Shown here: one piece after another, positions 13,801 through 24,454 of the stretch
How positions within the stretch are numbered: position 1 is the first letter of the stretch
Layout: every line of letters starts with the position of its first letter
From: Lingula anatina
Taxonomy: Eukaryota > Animalia > Brachiopoda
Direction of reading: 5' to 3'
DNA: 64,000 bases
Assembly (NCBI GenBank): GCA_051362555.1
Contig: CM120648.1
Span: forward strand, 16,922,587 to 16,986,586
Notes under the pieces: model-generated
The model's input: the letters and a program-made list of their open reading frames with translations, nothing else
Database searches by the model: none
What the model was told of the DNA's origin: nothing
Made by a program: the position numbers and the translations under genes

Positions 13801-14511
13801 TTCTAGCTGTTACGATGGGTCATTTTCAGCTTAGGTCATAAATATGATGCACTAGCTCTTCATGTCAATGATTTATGGTGAATATGATATTGGTGTATAA
13901 TTCCCACAACATATATGTCTTCTCCCCTAGCAGGTTCTTCCAAAGATATGTTCTGAGTAAAAATTATTTTAAACCATTTTGCTGAAACAGGCTTTTGTAC
14001 ACATTTTACTTATTTTTGTTAATGCAATGAAAAACATAGTTGATAAGGCCAAATATTACACCTGCGTGATAATAAGATAAATTTACCATGTTATGACTTA
14101 CACATAAGAAAGGAGTTGTGCATATGTAACAATTATTATTAATGCTATGGTATTTATAATCATGAACCCCTTGATGTCTCCCCCCCCCCCCCCCCATCTA
14201 TTTTATTTAGTAATCACAGCATATTCTGTCTGATTTTATTATTCTATAAGACATCCCCTGCACATGCCATACAAACAAACTGGCAGCTTGGCCAATTAAC
14301 TTGGTCAATTAACTTGCCCATTATGCTGTTAACAAAACAAACACCATAAAGAATGGGCCTAGCCAGGGCGTAATAAACATGGGGTCTGGGCTTTTTATGC
14401 ATGGGACTAGATTTGGTCGGGGCCTTTGACATAAATATGTGGGTCCATCAGCATGAAGTTTAAAAAGTCCAAAAAGGTGGTCAAAACCATTTCATCAATG
14501 TTTTTATCCAG

Positions 14512-14565
<54 letters not shown>

Positions 14566-16316
14566 AAAATGCATTTAACTTTTTGTGTTACATAAAAATG
14601 TGTTTAGTTTTGTATATTTCATTATAATTTGCATGCTGTGACAGTATGAATGCATGTACTATTTCTTTGTATTCCAAACCCAAGGTCACTGTTGTGTATG
14701 AATACACTACTTCCTGTGAAAAGTAGTTCCATTTCATGAAAAATGGTCGTCTGCTAGTTTTATTTGCAAATAACAATCCACAAAATCAGGAAAATAAGGT
14801 ATCATCCAAAGTACTTCAACATTTAATTTATTTGTGTGTGTTAACAACAAACTGGTGATGAAATGTCTTTGAATCTAGAAGTGGTAAGACATCGAGAAAC
14901 TTGACAAAGTACATAAAATTTGAGAATTTAGGTATATCTAAGCTTTCATGAACAGCTACAAGATGAAGAATTGGACTGTTCTGTTGTGAGACTTGAGTTG
15001 TTCTTTACTGGCAAATGGACAAGAAGTTCAGGGATTAAACAATATAAGATTTTTTCTTTTGACTTAATAAAAATACAAATAAAGCATACTGTAAATTCCA
15101 TTAAAAAGAGTTCTTCATCATTATTCAAAATCCTAATCACTAATGGGTTCATAGAAATTGGTCAGTAACAGTAAAGTATTAACTATAGAAAATGTCTCCA
15201 CTCTACATACATTTTTACTAAAGCACAGCTGTGTGCTCACTGAATTTAAATATATGCTTAAAAAGTTTTTTTATTGAAATAAAGGCAAACATATTTATGG
15301 ATAAAAACATTGTAAGACTAATAAACTTTCAAATATTTTACATAATAATCATATCTACCCACAGTTAATACATGTTACTGACCTTGTTTCAGTTCAATAT
15401 ACGTGAATGTATGAACATTGCCGCTCCACTCTCCCACCACCAGTTGACCAGTAGCAGGGTTGATGACTACTGCACTGGGATACAACCCATCATCCTTAGT
15501 GACAATGTATCTGATAAACTGTCCCTGTGGACTCAGTGCCACTATACTGTTGTTACTGTCAGCAATGAAGATGTGACCATAGCTGTCTGTGCACACTCCA
15601 CATGGATACCTCAGTTCACTGCCTTCTCTGCTGCCGTCACACTGGTACAGATGATCACCAGTAGGTGACAGCACATGTACACAGTGTCCCCCCATGTCAC
15701 AGTCTGATATCACAATGTTATCATTCACACTGTTCACTGTGATGTACACTGGGTATCTACACATACTGAGTGGAATAGTGTTCAGGAGCTGTCCACTGTC
15801 TGCATGGAATGTGAAGATGGACATCTTTTCTCCGTCACAAACCATCACATGACCTTGTCTGTTCAGTGTAATACCCCATGGAACCTCCAGTAGACCCTGA
15901 CCCATGGTTGTCACCTGCTGACCTCTGGTGGAGTACACTTGGACACAACTGTCACCCAGTGATGTTATATACAGGTGACCAGTCTGTGACACAGCCACAT
16001 CACATGGTTTGTTTACTTTAATGTCAAACTTAAATTGTCCTTCATGTGTGAATATTTTTGTTCTGTTGTTCCACTTATCCACAACAAACATGTGTTCCTT
16101 ATCTATGGCTAACCCAGTTATGTTGGTTATTTCTCTATCATCTTCCAGTTTAGCACTGAAGGAACGCACACATTCTGCCTTCTCTAAGAAAACATTAGGA
16201 TGTGTAGCTAATGTTGTATTTGTTTCCTGTTTAGCTAATGGAGGTTGTGTCTGTACTGTCACCTGTCCTGATCTTGGATTTACACCTCGTCTAGACTGCC
16301 CTAACATGGCTTCCAT
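2855..16316 (-). CDS. NHL-repeat + Roc GTPase + COR (kinase-less ROCO family) protein, ~994 aa, 8 coding exons
   Basis: Exons with GT-AG boundaries and matching phases: 16316-15383 (NHL), 9754-9524 (G1 GPYGVGKT, G2 NTTGVNI), 7041-6886, 6720-6670, 6078-6028, 5194-4949 (G3 WDFAGQ), 4554-4430 (G4 IGTHKD), 4045-2855 (G5 VSN, COR, stop). The total is 2985 nt, an exact multiple of 3, with no internal stop. The Roc-COR part is well supported; the NHL join is inferred from phase compatibility. Confidence 0.75.
4949..5194 (-). CDS. Roc GTPase exon with G3 motif
   Basis: [30 protein letters not shown] is a typical Roc signature. AG/GT boundaries, phase 1-1. Confidence 0.9.
7180..9236 (-). mobile_element. 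Full-length non-autonomous Helentron-like element, family B, with internal ~105-bp satellite
   Basis: One end has the palindrome AGTACCACCAGC..GCTGGTGGTACT (9203-9232). The other end has the matching subterminal GTACCACCAGC, the hairpin AGAGGCG..CGCCTCT and ACTAG. Central AAAAGTAGGTCAAAGGTCAATTTCAAGGTCACA array (7560-8430) and GCGGAGCC simple repeats. Lies in a ROCO intron. Confidence 0.8.
9524..9754 (-). CDS. Roc GTPase exon with P-loop
   Basis: Acceptor TTACCAG|GT and donor AAG|GTAAGC. Encodes RVAIVGPYGVGKTHLAKRL and NTTGVNI. Confidence 0.85.
10230..10490. repeat. Degenerate GCACCGATACTCCCC-motif array
   Basis: Same short motif family as 24612-24825, but more decayed. Confidence 0.4.
10853..11453 (-). 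mobile_element. Internal fragment of Helentron-like family B
   Basis: Collinear similarity to 8215-8820 (satellite units, GAAAATGCACCGATTGACCCCAAA). Confidence 0.7.
12143..12922. mobile_element. MULE-like non-autonomous foldback element with 9-bp TSD
   Basis: Direct repeat CGGCTGTTT at 12134-12142 and 12923-12931. G-rich start and C-rich end. Oppositely oriented subterminal arrays (ATAGATCCAC.. versus ..GTGGATCTAT). Confidence 0.65.
13103..13768 (-). mobile_element. Truncated Helentron-like family A copy with about 3.6 near-identical ~160-bp units
   Basis: Terminus nearly identical to 860-1098. Flanked by a 16-bp direct repeat AAAAATATGGCCAATT. Confidence 0.75.
14514..14557. repeat. (AAT)n microsatellite
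   Basis: Perfect trinucleotide run. Confidence 0.9.
15383..16316 (-). CDS. NHL-repeat six-bladed beta-propeller exon (TRIM-NHL-like), likely first coding exon of the ROCO gene
   Basis: Repeated NHL-like motifs (KPCDVAVSQTGHLYIT, VPWGITLNRQGHVMVCD, YPCGVCTDSYGHIFIAD). Good phase-1 donor AAG|GTCAGT at 15383/15382, just before the genomic stop codon. Confidence 0.85.
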
Positions 16317-16509
16317 TCCGACAGTAGATCCTGTAATATTTCTGTCAGCGATTGCTAAACTTTATGTTTACTTCTGGTGCTGCAGCTTGGAGATCACAGT
16401 AACATAAACACTTGCTCCATATACCTACAAGTCGGTCAGATCATATCTCTTTCTTTGTCAAATATGTTCAACATTATCCCACAATCTCCGTCCTGTTACT
16501 TCCTGGTTG

Positions 16510-16572
16510 TTGAAGAAAATGGCGCCTCATTCATATAGACCATAATCCTTTGCGCAACACGACTTCCGGTAT
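16510..16572 (-). promoter_or_regulatory. Putative core promoter of the NHL-Roc-COR gene (ETS and YY1 motifs)
   Basis: On the minus strand, ACCGGAAGT (16570-16562) is followed by GCGCCATTTT (16525-16516), about 200 bp upstream of the ATG. This motif pair is common at metazoan TATA-less promoters. Confidence 0.45.
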
Positions 16573-17169
16573 TTTTTTATAGCAAAACTATAGACGCACA
16601 AAAGAAATGCCGTACAAAGGTAACTGGAAAATGATTATTTGATTTCAGATAAAAAAAAAAGACATGCGTAAAACTAATATGTCTCTTCACAGTTATCACC
16701 TTTAACAGTGTTTTTTTTTTTTATTTTTTTTTTTTATTTTATTTCATTTATTATCATTATTTATTTTATTTTTATTATTTTTTTTTTTTTGTTACACACA
16801 CTGGACAATAGAAGTGAACCAATACTTTGGGGGAGATAAATGACTCTGGAATGATATGCTCCTGGTATCATTTTATAAACATCAAATTTCACAAAAAAAA
16901 AAAAAAAAAAAAAAAAAACATAGTACAGCGGTTTTATACTCATTAGTCATATTAAGAGCACCCTGAGCTTCAGAGATAACTTGACACTAACCTCTTCACT
17001 ATGGCCTATCTTCATCGTGTCAAGTTAGGCTATAGTGAAGAGGTTAGTGTATTAAGAGTAGACCCAGGCATTATAACTTTCATTACTCTGCAGGGGGTGA
17101 CACTTCTTTTGTCCAGTGTGTTTATTTACCTAATTTTTGCAACTCTGTGTATTTACAATATGTTTATTT

Positions 17170-18200
17170 ACCTCCTTTTTTATTTCCCTCAATTTTCTGC
17201 CGCCATCCCTATCATGCGCATTTTTGAGCCACAATTTGATGCATGTGTCTTATTCAGTCTCGGTAGCTCTTTTATCTACCTGCATCTGTGAAAATATAAA
17301 AAAACTTAACTTAATCCTCCTATCTTAACAGTGCTAAATTGGACAGTAAACAAAAATGGTTAAAACAGGAGCTACAAAACGGAATGGTCTTATCAAAGGA
17401 CAGAAATAGGTTGATATGCGTTTATCCTTAAGAGAATGTATGTAAAAACCATAAAAAGACAGTTGTTCAGAAGAAACAACCTTTATATTGAACTGTAACT
17501 TTACTTCAGGATCATTATAATACAATTAATATGTAAAAATATATCTGAGCAAACATTATTTGATCATTACGAAATGCAAACATTCCATTGCTTTTAAAGG
17601 GCCGGGTTTTTTAGTGCAACCTTTCTGCCCTTCCCAATCCAGTTACACTGGCATGCAATATGTTAGTTTTAAAAATAGTAGACATGATCCTATCTACACT
17701 GTACCATTTCCTTGGAGGAAAACCCTCCCAGTGTGGCAAGGTGGTTTGACCTTTGAAATAAATATAAAATAGCCTATTCTTAATTAGTAAAGCACATTTA
17801 TATATATACATAGGCTACAACAAATGATAAGTGTTCAGATTAAAGTGTTATATTAATCATTGATCAAATAACCACTATTTTAAAAATCAACGTATTATTT
17901 ATTCCATATGTAGATTCAGCACAACAATCACTACATTAATTTTAATCATACTATTTTTTTTAACTTACCAGTAATTTCATTATGCTTATCTTTAAGTATG
18001 TTTTCAACCCTTGCCACATCTTCTCTAGTCTCCATAGGAAATGCAAACTCGTCAGTTGAGACAATATTGTCATCAGGACTTCTGTTCTGTTTCAATTTTT
18101 GCTCTAACCTTGTAAGAACAATAATGTTATTCTTCAGCATAGCTTTAATCTGCAGGAGGGTGGTGAAGATGAAACGATCTCTGAAAACCATAATACGAAT
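17170..18200 (-). pseudogene. Decayed spliced DUF4806-like (transposon-associated) gene
   Basis: Exon remnants FAFPMETREDVARVENIL (18150-17968), HLATLGGFSSKEMV/RIMSTIFKTN/ACQCNWIGKGRKVAL (17750-17590, frameshifted) and IKLWLKNAHDRDGGRKLR (17285-17175, with an in-frame stop upstream). They resemble the LP..E..L / GG..V.RIM / NW.G..K / W...A.DR.GG.K pattern of DUF4806 proteins as I recall it. Confidence 0.6.
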
Positions 18201-20184
18201 AATTCATCAGTAAAGAAATCAGATTGGAATTAATGAAAATTCGTTAAAATGACTACCAAAATGCACCATGTGCACTTCCTTATGTCTAGACTTAATTTAA
18301 TTATCTGCCTTTTTAAAAACATGAAAAATCTTAACATTACAAATATGCATATATATGCCAGATATTGGTGGTCAACTTGAATGTAAACTGTATTATCTCT
18401 AGACATATTTGGTCAGTTATAAACGACCAATTTTTCCATATATTTTCTTATTCATCACCTTTCTACATGATCCGTAGGAAATTAATGGCTACTTCACCAT
18501 CTTTATAATTTTCAGTTAACCTGAATAAAAAAAATACTGTTAGTAGTAATTTATCTCAGCGAGGGTTTTATTTATTTATTTATTTATTTTAACAAATTTA
18601 AGCGAGTCTCTTGAGAATTTAAACGAGCCGCCTCGCTGCTGTGAATACAGAGGAGACCGTGATGTGCAAATGTTTTGAAATAAATACTATTTCAAGAAAA
18701 GATCCCTGGCTTCATATATATATATATGTTAAAAGGCCAAAAAGCTCGCAGTCTTCAAACTAATTAAATTATTATCACTTAACAATGCCTCACAATTAAA
18801 CAACTTCGGGAAATACCTACAGTGTGCATCGGAGCTAAGATTAGCGTCAGTAGCCTATAATGAATTATTGTTATTATTATTTTTATTTGTATCAGTAGTA
18901 GTTTTTGTTGTAGTGGTAGTTCATTGATATGACTTTATATTGTTACTGTATTCCATTCTGATGAGCCGTTGGGGTCAAGGGTTTAATAAATTGAAATACG
19001 AAATAAAGGTGGCGATCACAACTACCAAATTGAGTGAGCAATTAGTCGCATCTGTCTCGTTGGAGTGCAGCGCAGTTTTCAAGTCATTACATATGTCAGA
19101 CGTTTTGCCGATATTTCAATAATAATATTCAGCTAGGCAGGACCACATTACCCTAGGTTCTAGATTCCGGTATTGCCAGCTCGATCTTGATTTCATATAT
19201 AACCCATAGTAGCAATACCAGGTAGGCCTACTAGTAAAAGCGACTCCACCACAAGGTATATTTAGCAAGCTAGTTTTTACGTTGCTCTGACACTCAGGGT
19301 AGACCACATAAGAAAAAGGGCCAATGTTCACTGGTAATATTCCAAGGTTTATTTTAAGATGCATGCATGCAAACTTTGCTTTTTCCAATTGTTATCAATA
19401 TAATTCATAAATCTATTATGGGTCTTTTCCATTTTAATTGTTATCAAAATGAAATTTACGTAAATAAAAGCCACAGAAAACCCTTCATAACACATTGATT
19501 AACTACATTTTTATTTTTTTTAAATATATACACTTTGAAAATGTATACCTTTTAATTGACTCGATCTTTTCAAGTGGCAAAAATACCAAACTTTCAAATA
19601 CAAAAGACGAATCTTATAATCAATTTTTTTCATACCTATATCTCATAGGGCTATAGTAGGCCTAGGTGGAGCTTTCGCGATTTGTTTCTTCCACTCAATA
19701 ACAATGTACTAATTTCCAGAATTTATTTTTTAAAAAGCTGTTTTATAAATCAACATTTTTCCTACATGTAGGCCTACATTGAAAAGATCTGGCAATCAGT
19801 GTATTTAAATATTATTAGGCTTACCTATTTTACATGAAATATAGTGAAATCGAAGCCCAGTGGCAGCAGTCAGGCGGAGTAGAGTGATCGACGCAGACGT
19901 CACGTGCAGCCGTCGCGTGCAGTAGGTCTACGTCACGTAAATTTTATAGGCCAATGAAATGCTTGGAAATTGCGCACTCCCAAACGAGTGAACAAAGGTA
20001 AAAAAACACTTCCGCCGAAATGAGGTAACGTTATTACAATACGCATACGCGTATTTGAAAAAAAAAAAAAAAGCTACACTTTACAATTACGATGAGAAAA
20101 TCGCGAATGGGTCACCGGTGGACCGGTCACCAGCTACATTACCAACGGCAATCTTCCACCAGCTAACCACGAGCAGTAGGCCCT

Positions 20185-20276
20185 TGTATCATAATGTCGT
20201 TAATTGTATGACCTGTTTATTTTATGTAATAAAGACGCTTGACGACACCACGCCATCTTGGAGTCACGTTGTTACA
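20185..20276 (+). repeat. 5' LTR (92 bp)
   Basis: Identical to 24363-24454. Contains AATAAA. Confidence 0.95.
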
Positions 20277-20334
20277 TGCTACCAGAAGTGAATCCGAGCA
20301 ATCGATAGTAATCGGGACAATTTATCTTTTGAAA

Positions 20335-23300
20335 ATGGAGCGTATCAAACCTCCTTCGCCCCTGCAGTTGCAGAGCGGGAATATTTCTGTGGCTTGGCGG
20401 AAGTTCATAGAACAATTCAACTGGTATTTAGAGGCCATTGACGCCAGCGAAGCTACAGACGCGCGAAAAATCGGATTGCTATTAACAGTGGCTGGGGGTG
20501 AGGCCCAAGACCTTTACCGCACTTTCACTTATGACGAAGAGGGAGACGAAAAGATCTTTGAGAAGGTAGTGGAAAATTTTAAGAGGTTTTGCGAACCGAA
20601 GAAGAATGAAATATATGAACGATACTGTTTCAGAACACGTGATCAGCAAGTCGGTGAAACTTTTGAGCACTACGTAACGGATTCCAAAAACAAAGCAGAT
20701 ACGTGTAACTTTGGCATTTTAAAAGAAGAAATGATCAGAGACCAGATCGTTGTCGGCATCAGAGACCTCAGACTGAAAGAAAAACTTCTCCGAACGGAAG
20801 ATCTAACCCTCCAGAAAGCCGTACAGACGTGCATGGCCGCGGAAACCTGCCAGGAGCAAATGAAAACCTTCGGGTCCTCTACAGAGGCGGTGGTCAATGC
20901 GGTGCGTAGTAAGAAGGTCAGTCATGGTTATAAAAGAAGTAAACCATTAGAAGCCACTGGTAAAAGTCGTCAAAGCCGTGAAATCCCATGTAGCAGTGAC
21001 AAGCCTCGTAACAGTAAATCTTCTACTAGAGAGTGTTGCAGATGTGGTGGGGACCACAATAAATACAAGTGCCCGGCATGGGGCAAGATGTGTAGAAAAT
21101 GCAAAGGATGGAACCATTTTGCAAATAAATGTAGAACAGACAGTAAAGTACATACTCTGAATGCTGTATCTGATGAAGAAGATGAAGAAGAACTATTTGT
21201 TTCCACAGTCAGAACTGACCGATCAAAGTGTGAGTGGATAGCTCCAGTGAGTGTGAATGGCACAGTTATACCCTTGAAAATAGACAGTGGCTCTCAAGTG
21301 AACATTCTGAGTATCGATGAGTACAATTTGTTAAGACAGAAACCAAGACTGTACAGTACTAACACTAAACTGAGTGCTTATAACAATACTAGCATTGCTA
21401 CAAAGGGTATATGTTATGTAAATCTGACTCTAAAGTCAGGAAAGAAAATAAATAATGTAAAATTTTATGTAGCAAACCAAGACTGTGTATCAATACTAGG
21501 AGCAGGAGATAGTGAAAAATGTGGTTTAGTAATAAGAACTAGAGATGTCAGAAAAGTATATGGCATTACAGAGGGTGGTTTAACAAAGGAATACATCAAA
21601 GAAAAGTACGGTGATGTATTTACAGGCATTGGTTGCCTGGAAGGTGAAGTTTGTATTAAACTCAAAGACAATGCAAAGCCAATAATATGTGCAGCTCGTA
21701 AAGTACCTTTTGCTTTGAGAGATAAACTCCAGAAAGAGTTGGAAAGATTGGCAAGTCAGAACATAATAAAGAAAACAGATGGTCCCACAGACTGGGTACT
21801 TCCCTTAGTATTAGTTGAAAAAGCTAATGGTAACCTTAGAATATGCATGGATCCTCTAAGATTGAATGAATATGTCTGCCGAGAACATTATCATTTACCA
21901 GAGAAATCTGAAATAGAGAGTGACATGGCAGGTGCCAAGTGTTTTTCAAAACTGGACCTTCGTCATGGTTTCTATAACCTTAAGTTAGATGAGCAAAGCT
22001 CCAGGTTGTGTACAGTGGCTACACCGTTTGGTAGATATTCATTTCTTAGGATGCCATATGGGGTGAAAAGTGCACCAGAGATTTTTCATGCTAAGATAGC
22101 TCAGTTATTTGAAAATGAGAAAAATGTGAAAGTTTTTATTGATGATATTGTGATTTATGCTGAAACATGGTCAGAGCATAATAGAATTTTACAACGTGTG
22201 ATGAATATTGTACAGAAAGCAGGCGTGAAGCTCAATGGAGACAAATGTGAAATAAGTTGTACTGCTTTAACATTTCTAGGTGATTGTCTTACAGAACATG
22301 GTATAAAGCCAGATCCATGTAAAGTCAGTGCTATAAACAATATGCCTGATCCAACATGTAAGGAAGAATTACAAAGAGGGCTAGGTATGATTAATTACTT
22401 ATCAAAATTCATGCCCAATTTGTCAGAGAAGACTACGAAACTGAGACATTTGTTATTGAATACTGTAGACTGGAATTGGTCTGATGAACATAAGAAAGAA
22501 TGGGACTGTTTGAAAAATATGATCAGGAGTGACAAAATATTACAGTACTTCGATCACAACAGGAAGACGAAAGTATCGTCAGATGCTTCCAAAAGTGGAC
22601 TTGGAGCAGTTTTACTACAGTTACATGAACATGAGTGGAAACCTGTTGCATTTGCTTCTAGGGCAATGACAAAGACAGAGTGTAGATATGCACAGATAGA
22701 AAAAGAATTGCTAGGAATGGTATTTGCTGCAGAGAAATTTCATGAATATATCTATGGTAGAGCAGATGTGATAGCTGAGACTGATCACAAACCTTTGATA
22801 TCACTTTCTAGTAAGATATTGAGTGACTTAACTCCACGATTACAACGTTTAATGTTAAGGCTTAGAAGGTATGACTTGAAATTTGAATATAAGCCTGGCA
22901 AGTATCTTGTAATTGCAGATACATTATCTCGTGCATATGAACCAAGTCAGAAAAGTGACACTGAAAAAGAAATTGAATTGCATTTGGACATGATTAGAGA
23001 ATCCAAGTGTTTTAGTGATCCTATGTGGAAAAAATTGGCTATGGAAACTGAGTCAGATGAAACTCTGAATTTGGTAATGAAGGCAATTCACAATGGATGG
23101 AACTCTTATAGGTTTTTGAAACCATATTTTCATTTTAGAGAGAATTTAGCAGTGATTGATGGTGTTATTGTACATGGTACAAAAGTTGTAATACCAAGTT
23201 CAATGAGAAAAGATATGTTACACAGAATACATGAAGGTCATTTGGGTATTGAGAAATGCCTTAGTAGGGCAAGAGTATTATATTGGCCCAACATATCTCG

Positions 23301-24261
23301 TGATGTCACTGACACTGTTAGTAGATGTAGTATTTGTCAAAAGTTTAGGTATAGGCAGCCTAAAGAGCCTCTCACCGAGCATGAGGTTCCAGTAGAACCT
23401 TGGACAAAAGTAGGAGCTGACTTATTTTGTTTTCGAGGCACAAATTACTTGATTGTAGTAGATTACACGTCAAATTATCCAGAAATTGCTAAATTAGAAA
23501 ATTTGAGTAGTCGGTGTGTGATCAACCATTTCAAAGCTATCATAGCTAGGTATGGAATTCCTAGAATTGTTGTTACAGATCCAGGAAAACAGTTTGATTC
23601 CTATATGTTTACAGATTTTGCTAATGTATATGGATTTAAACATATCCAGAGTAGTCCAAAGCATAGTCAAAGTAATGGCAAAGCTGAGAAAGGTGTTCAG
23701 ATTGTCAAAAGAATGTTAAAGAAGACCAATGAATCTGGTGAAGATCCATATTTAGCACTGTTGAATTATAGAACTACACCTTTGTCTGGTGAAAATAGTC
23801 CTTCAGAAATAATGATGGGAAGGAAAGTTAGAAATAGATTACCAGATGTAGTTGAACATAAAAACAAGGATTTGATGAGGAATAAGGAAAATAGTAAAAA
23901 TAAAAAATATTATGATGTTGGTGCAAAACTGTTAAAACCTCTGCACCAAGGTGATGTTGTAAGAGTTCACAGAGAAAGAAATACAGGTGTTTGGAGTGAT
24001 AAAGGTAGAATTTTAGAGGAAAATTCTCCAAATTCTTTTAATGTTGAACTTGAAAATGGAACTGTATTAAGAAGGAATAGACGTGATTTACTTTCAACAA
24101 AAGAACCATTTGAGTTGAAGCCTGAAGTAGATATTGATATGGAACAGAGTCCTTCTCAGGGACAAGTTAATGTTATGCCACAAGTTGTAACTCTACCTGA
24201 TGTCAAGACTCGTAGTGGTAGAAACATTGTTAAACCAAAGAGACTTATTGAAGAGTGTTAA
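20335..24261 (+). CDS. Gag-Pol polyprotein (two Zn knuckles, aspartic protease, RT, RNase H, integrase), 1308 aa
   Basis: First ATG at 20335. Motifs CxxC..H..C twice, KIDSGSQ, RMPYG, FIDD, SDASKSGLGAVL, TDHKPL, HHCC and DDE integrase, in Gypsy domain order. Confidence 0.95.
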   Translation: MERIKPPSPLQLQSGNISVAWRKFIEQFNWYLEAIDASEATDARKIGLLLTVAGGEAQDLYRTFTYDEEGDEKIFEKVVENFKRFCEPKKNEIYERYCFRTRDQQVGETFEHYVTDSKNKADTCNFGILKEEMIRDQIVVGIRDLRLKEKLLRTEDLTLQKAVQTCMAAETCQEQMKTFGSSTEAVVNAVRSKKVSHGYKRSKPLEATGKSRQSREIPCSSDKPRNSKSSTRECCRCGGDHNKYKCPAWGKMCRKCKGWNHFANKCRTDSKVHTLNAVSDEEDEEELFVSTVRTDRSKCEWIAPVSVNGTVIPLKIDSGSQVNILSIDEYNLLRQKPRLYSTNTKLSAYNNTSIATKGICYVNLTLKSGKKINNVKFYVANQDCVSILGAGDSEKCGLVIRTRDVRKVYGITEGGLTKEYIKEKYGDVFTGIGCLEGEVCIKLKDNAKPIICAARKVPFALRDKLQKELERLASQNIIKKTDGPTDWVLPLVLVEKANGNLRICMDPLRLNEYVCREHYHLPEKSEIESDMAGAKCFSKLDLRHGFYNLKLDEQSSRLCTVATPFGRYSFLRMPYGVKSAPEIFHAKIAQLFENEKNVKVFIDDIVIYAETWSEHNRILQRVMNIVQKAGVKLNGDKCEISCTALTFLGDCLTEHGIKPDPCKVSAINNMPDPTCKEELQRGLGMINYLSKFMPNLSEKTTKLRHLLLNTVDWNWSDEHKKEWDCLKNMIRSDKILQYFDHNRKTKVSSDASKSGLGAVLLQLHEHEWKPVAFASRAMTKTECRYAQIEKELLGMVFAAEKFHEYIYGRADVIAETDHKPLISLSSKILSDLTPRLQRLMLRLRRYDLKFEYKPGKYLVIADTLSRAYEPSQKSDTEKEIELHLDMIRESKCFSDPMWKKLAMETESDETLNLVMKAIHNGWNSYRFLKPYFHFRENLAVIDGVIVHGTKVVIPSSMRKDMLHRIHEGHLGIEKCLSRARVLYWPNISRDVTDTVSRCSICQKFRYRQPKEPLTEHEVPVEPWTKVGADLFCFRGTNYLIVVDYTSNYPEIAKLENLSSRCVINHFKAIIARYGIPRIVVTDPGKQFDSYMFTDFANVYGFKHIQSSPKHSQSNGKAEKGVQIVKRMLKKTNESGEDPYLALLNYRTTPLSGENSPSEIMMGRKVRNRLPDVVEHKNKDLMRNKENSKNKKYYDVGAKLLKPLHQGDVVRVHRERNTGVWSDKGRILEENSPNSFNVELENGTVLRRNRRDLLSTKEPFELKPEVDIDMEQSPSQGQVNVMPQVVTLPDVKTRSGRNIVKPKRLIEEC

Positions 24262-24362
24262 AAGACATTGTTTAGTTATTGAGATAAGGAGAACAAACAA
24301 TGTAGATTAAAGCATAAGATACTTTATTTAGAAACATTTTTTATTGTAAAAAAAAAGGAAGA

Positions 24363-24454
24363 TGTATCATAATGTCGTTAATTGTATGACCTGTTTATTT
24401 TATGTAATAAAGACGCTTGACGACACCACGCCATCTTGGAGTCACGTTGTTACA
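24363..24454 (+). repeat. 3' LTR (92 bp)
   Basis: Identical to 20185-20276. Confidence 0.95.

Larger units (their letters stand above)
20185..24454 (+). mobile_element. Full-length Ty3/Gypsy LTR retrotransposon (Mag-like), 4270 bp
   Basis: Identical 92-bp TG..CA LTRs, 5-bp TSD GCCCT (20180-20184 and 24455-24459), PBS TGCTACCAGAAGTG after the 5' LTR, polypurine tract before the 3' LTR, and one intact gag-pol ORF. Confidence 0.97.

Noticed and set aside
15375-16316. NHL ORF as a purely independent single-exon gene
   Set aside because: A phase-matched donor and the lack of another start for Roc favour fusion. A short isoform is not excluded.
16009-16407. Antisense ORFs over real exons (also 3083-3367, 48365-48727, 61446-62432)
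   Set aside because: Shadow frames of coding sequence on the opposite strand.
20239-20334. Gag-Pol start at 20239 as given in the ORF track
   Set aside because: It is a TTG inside the 5' LTR; the first ATG is at 20335.
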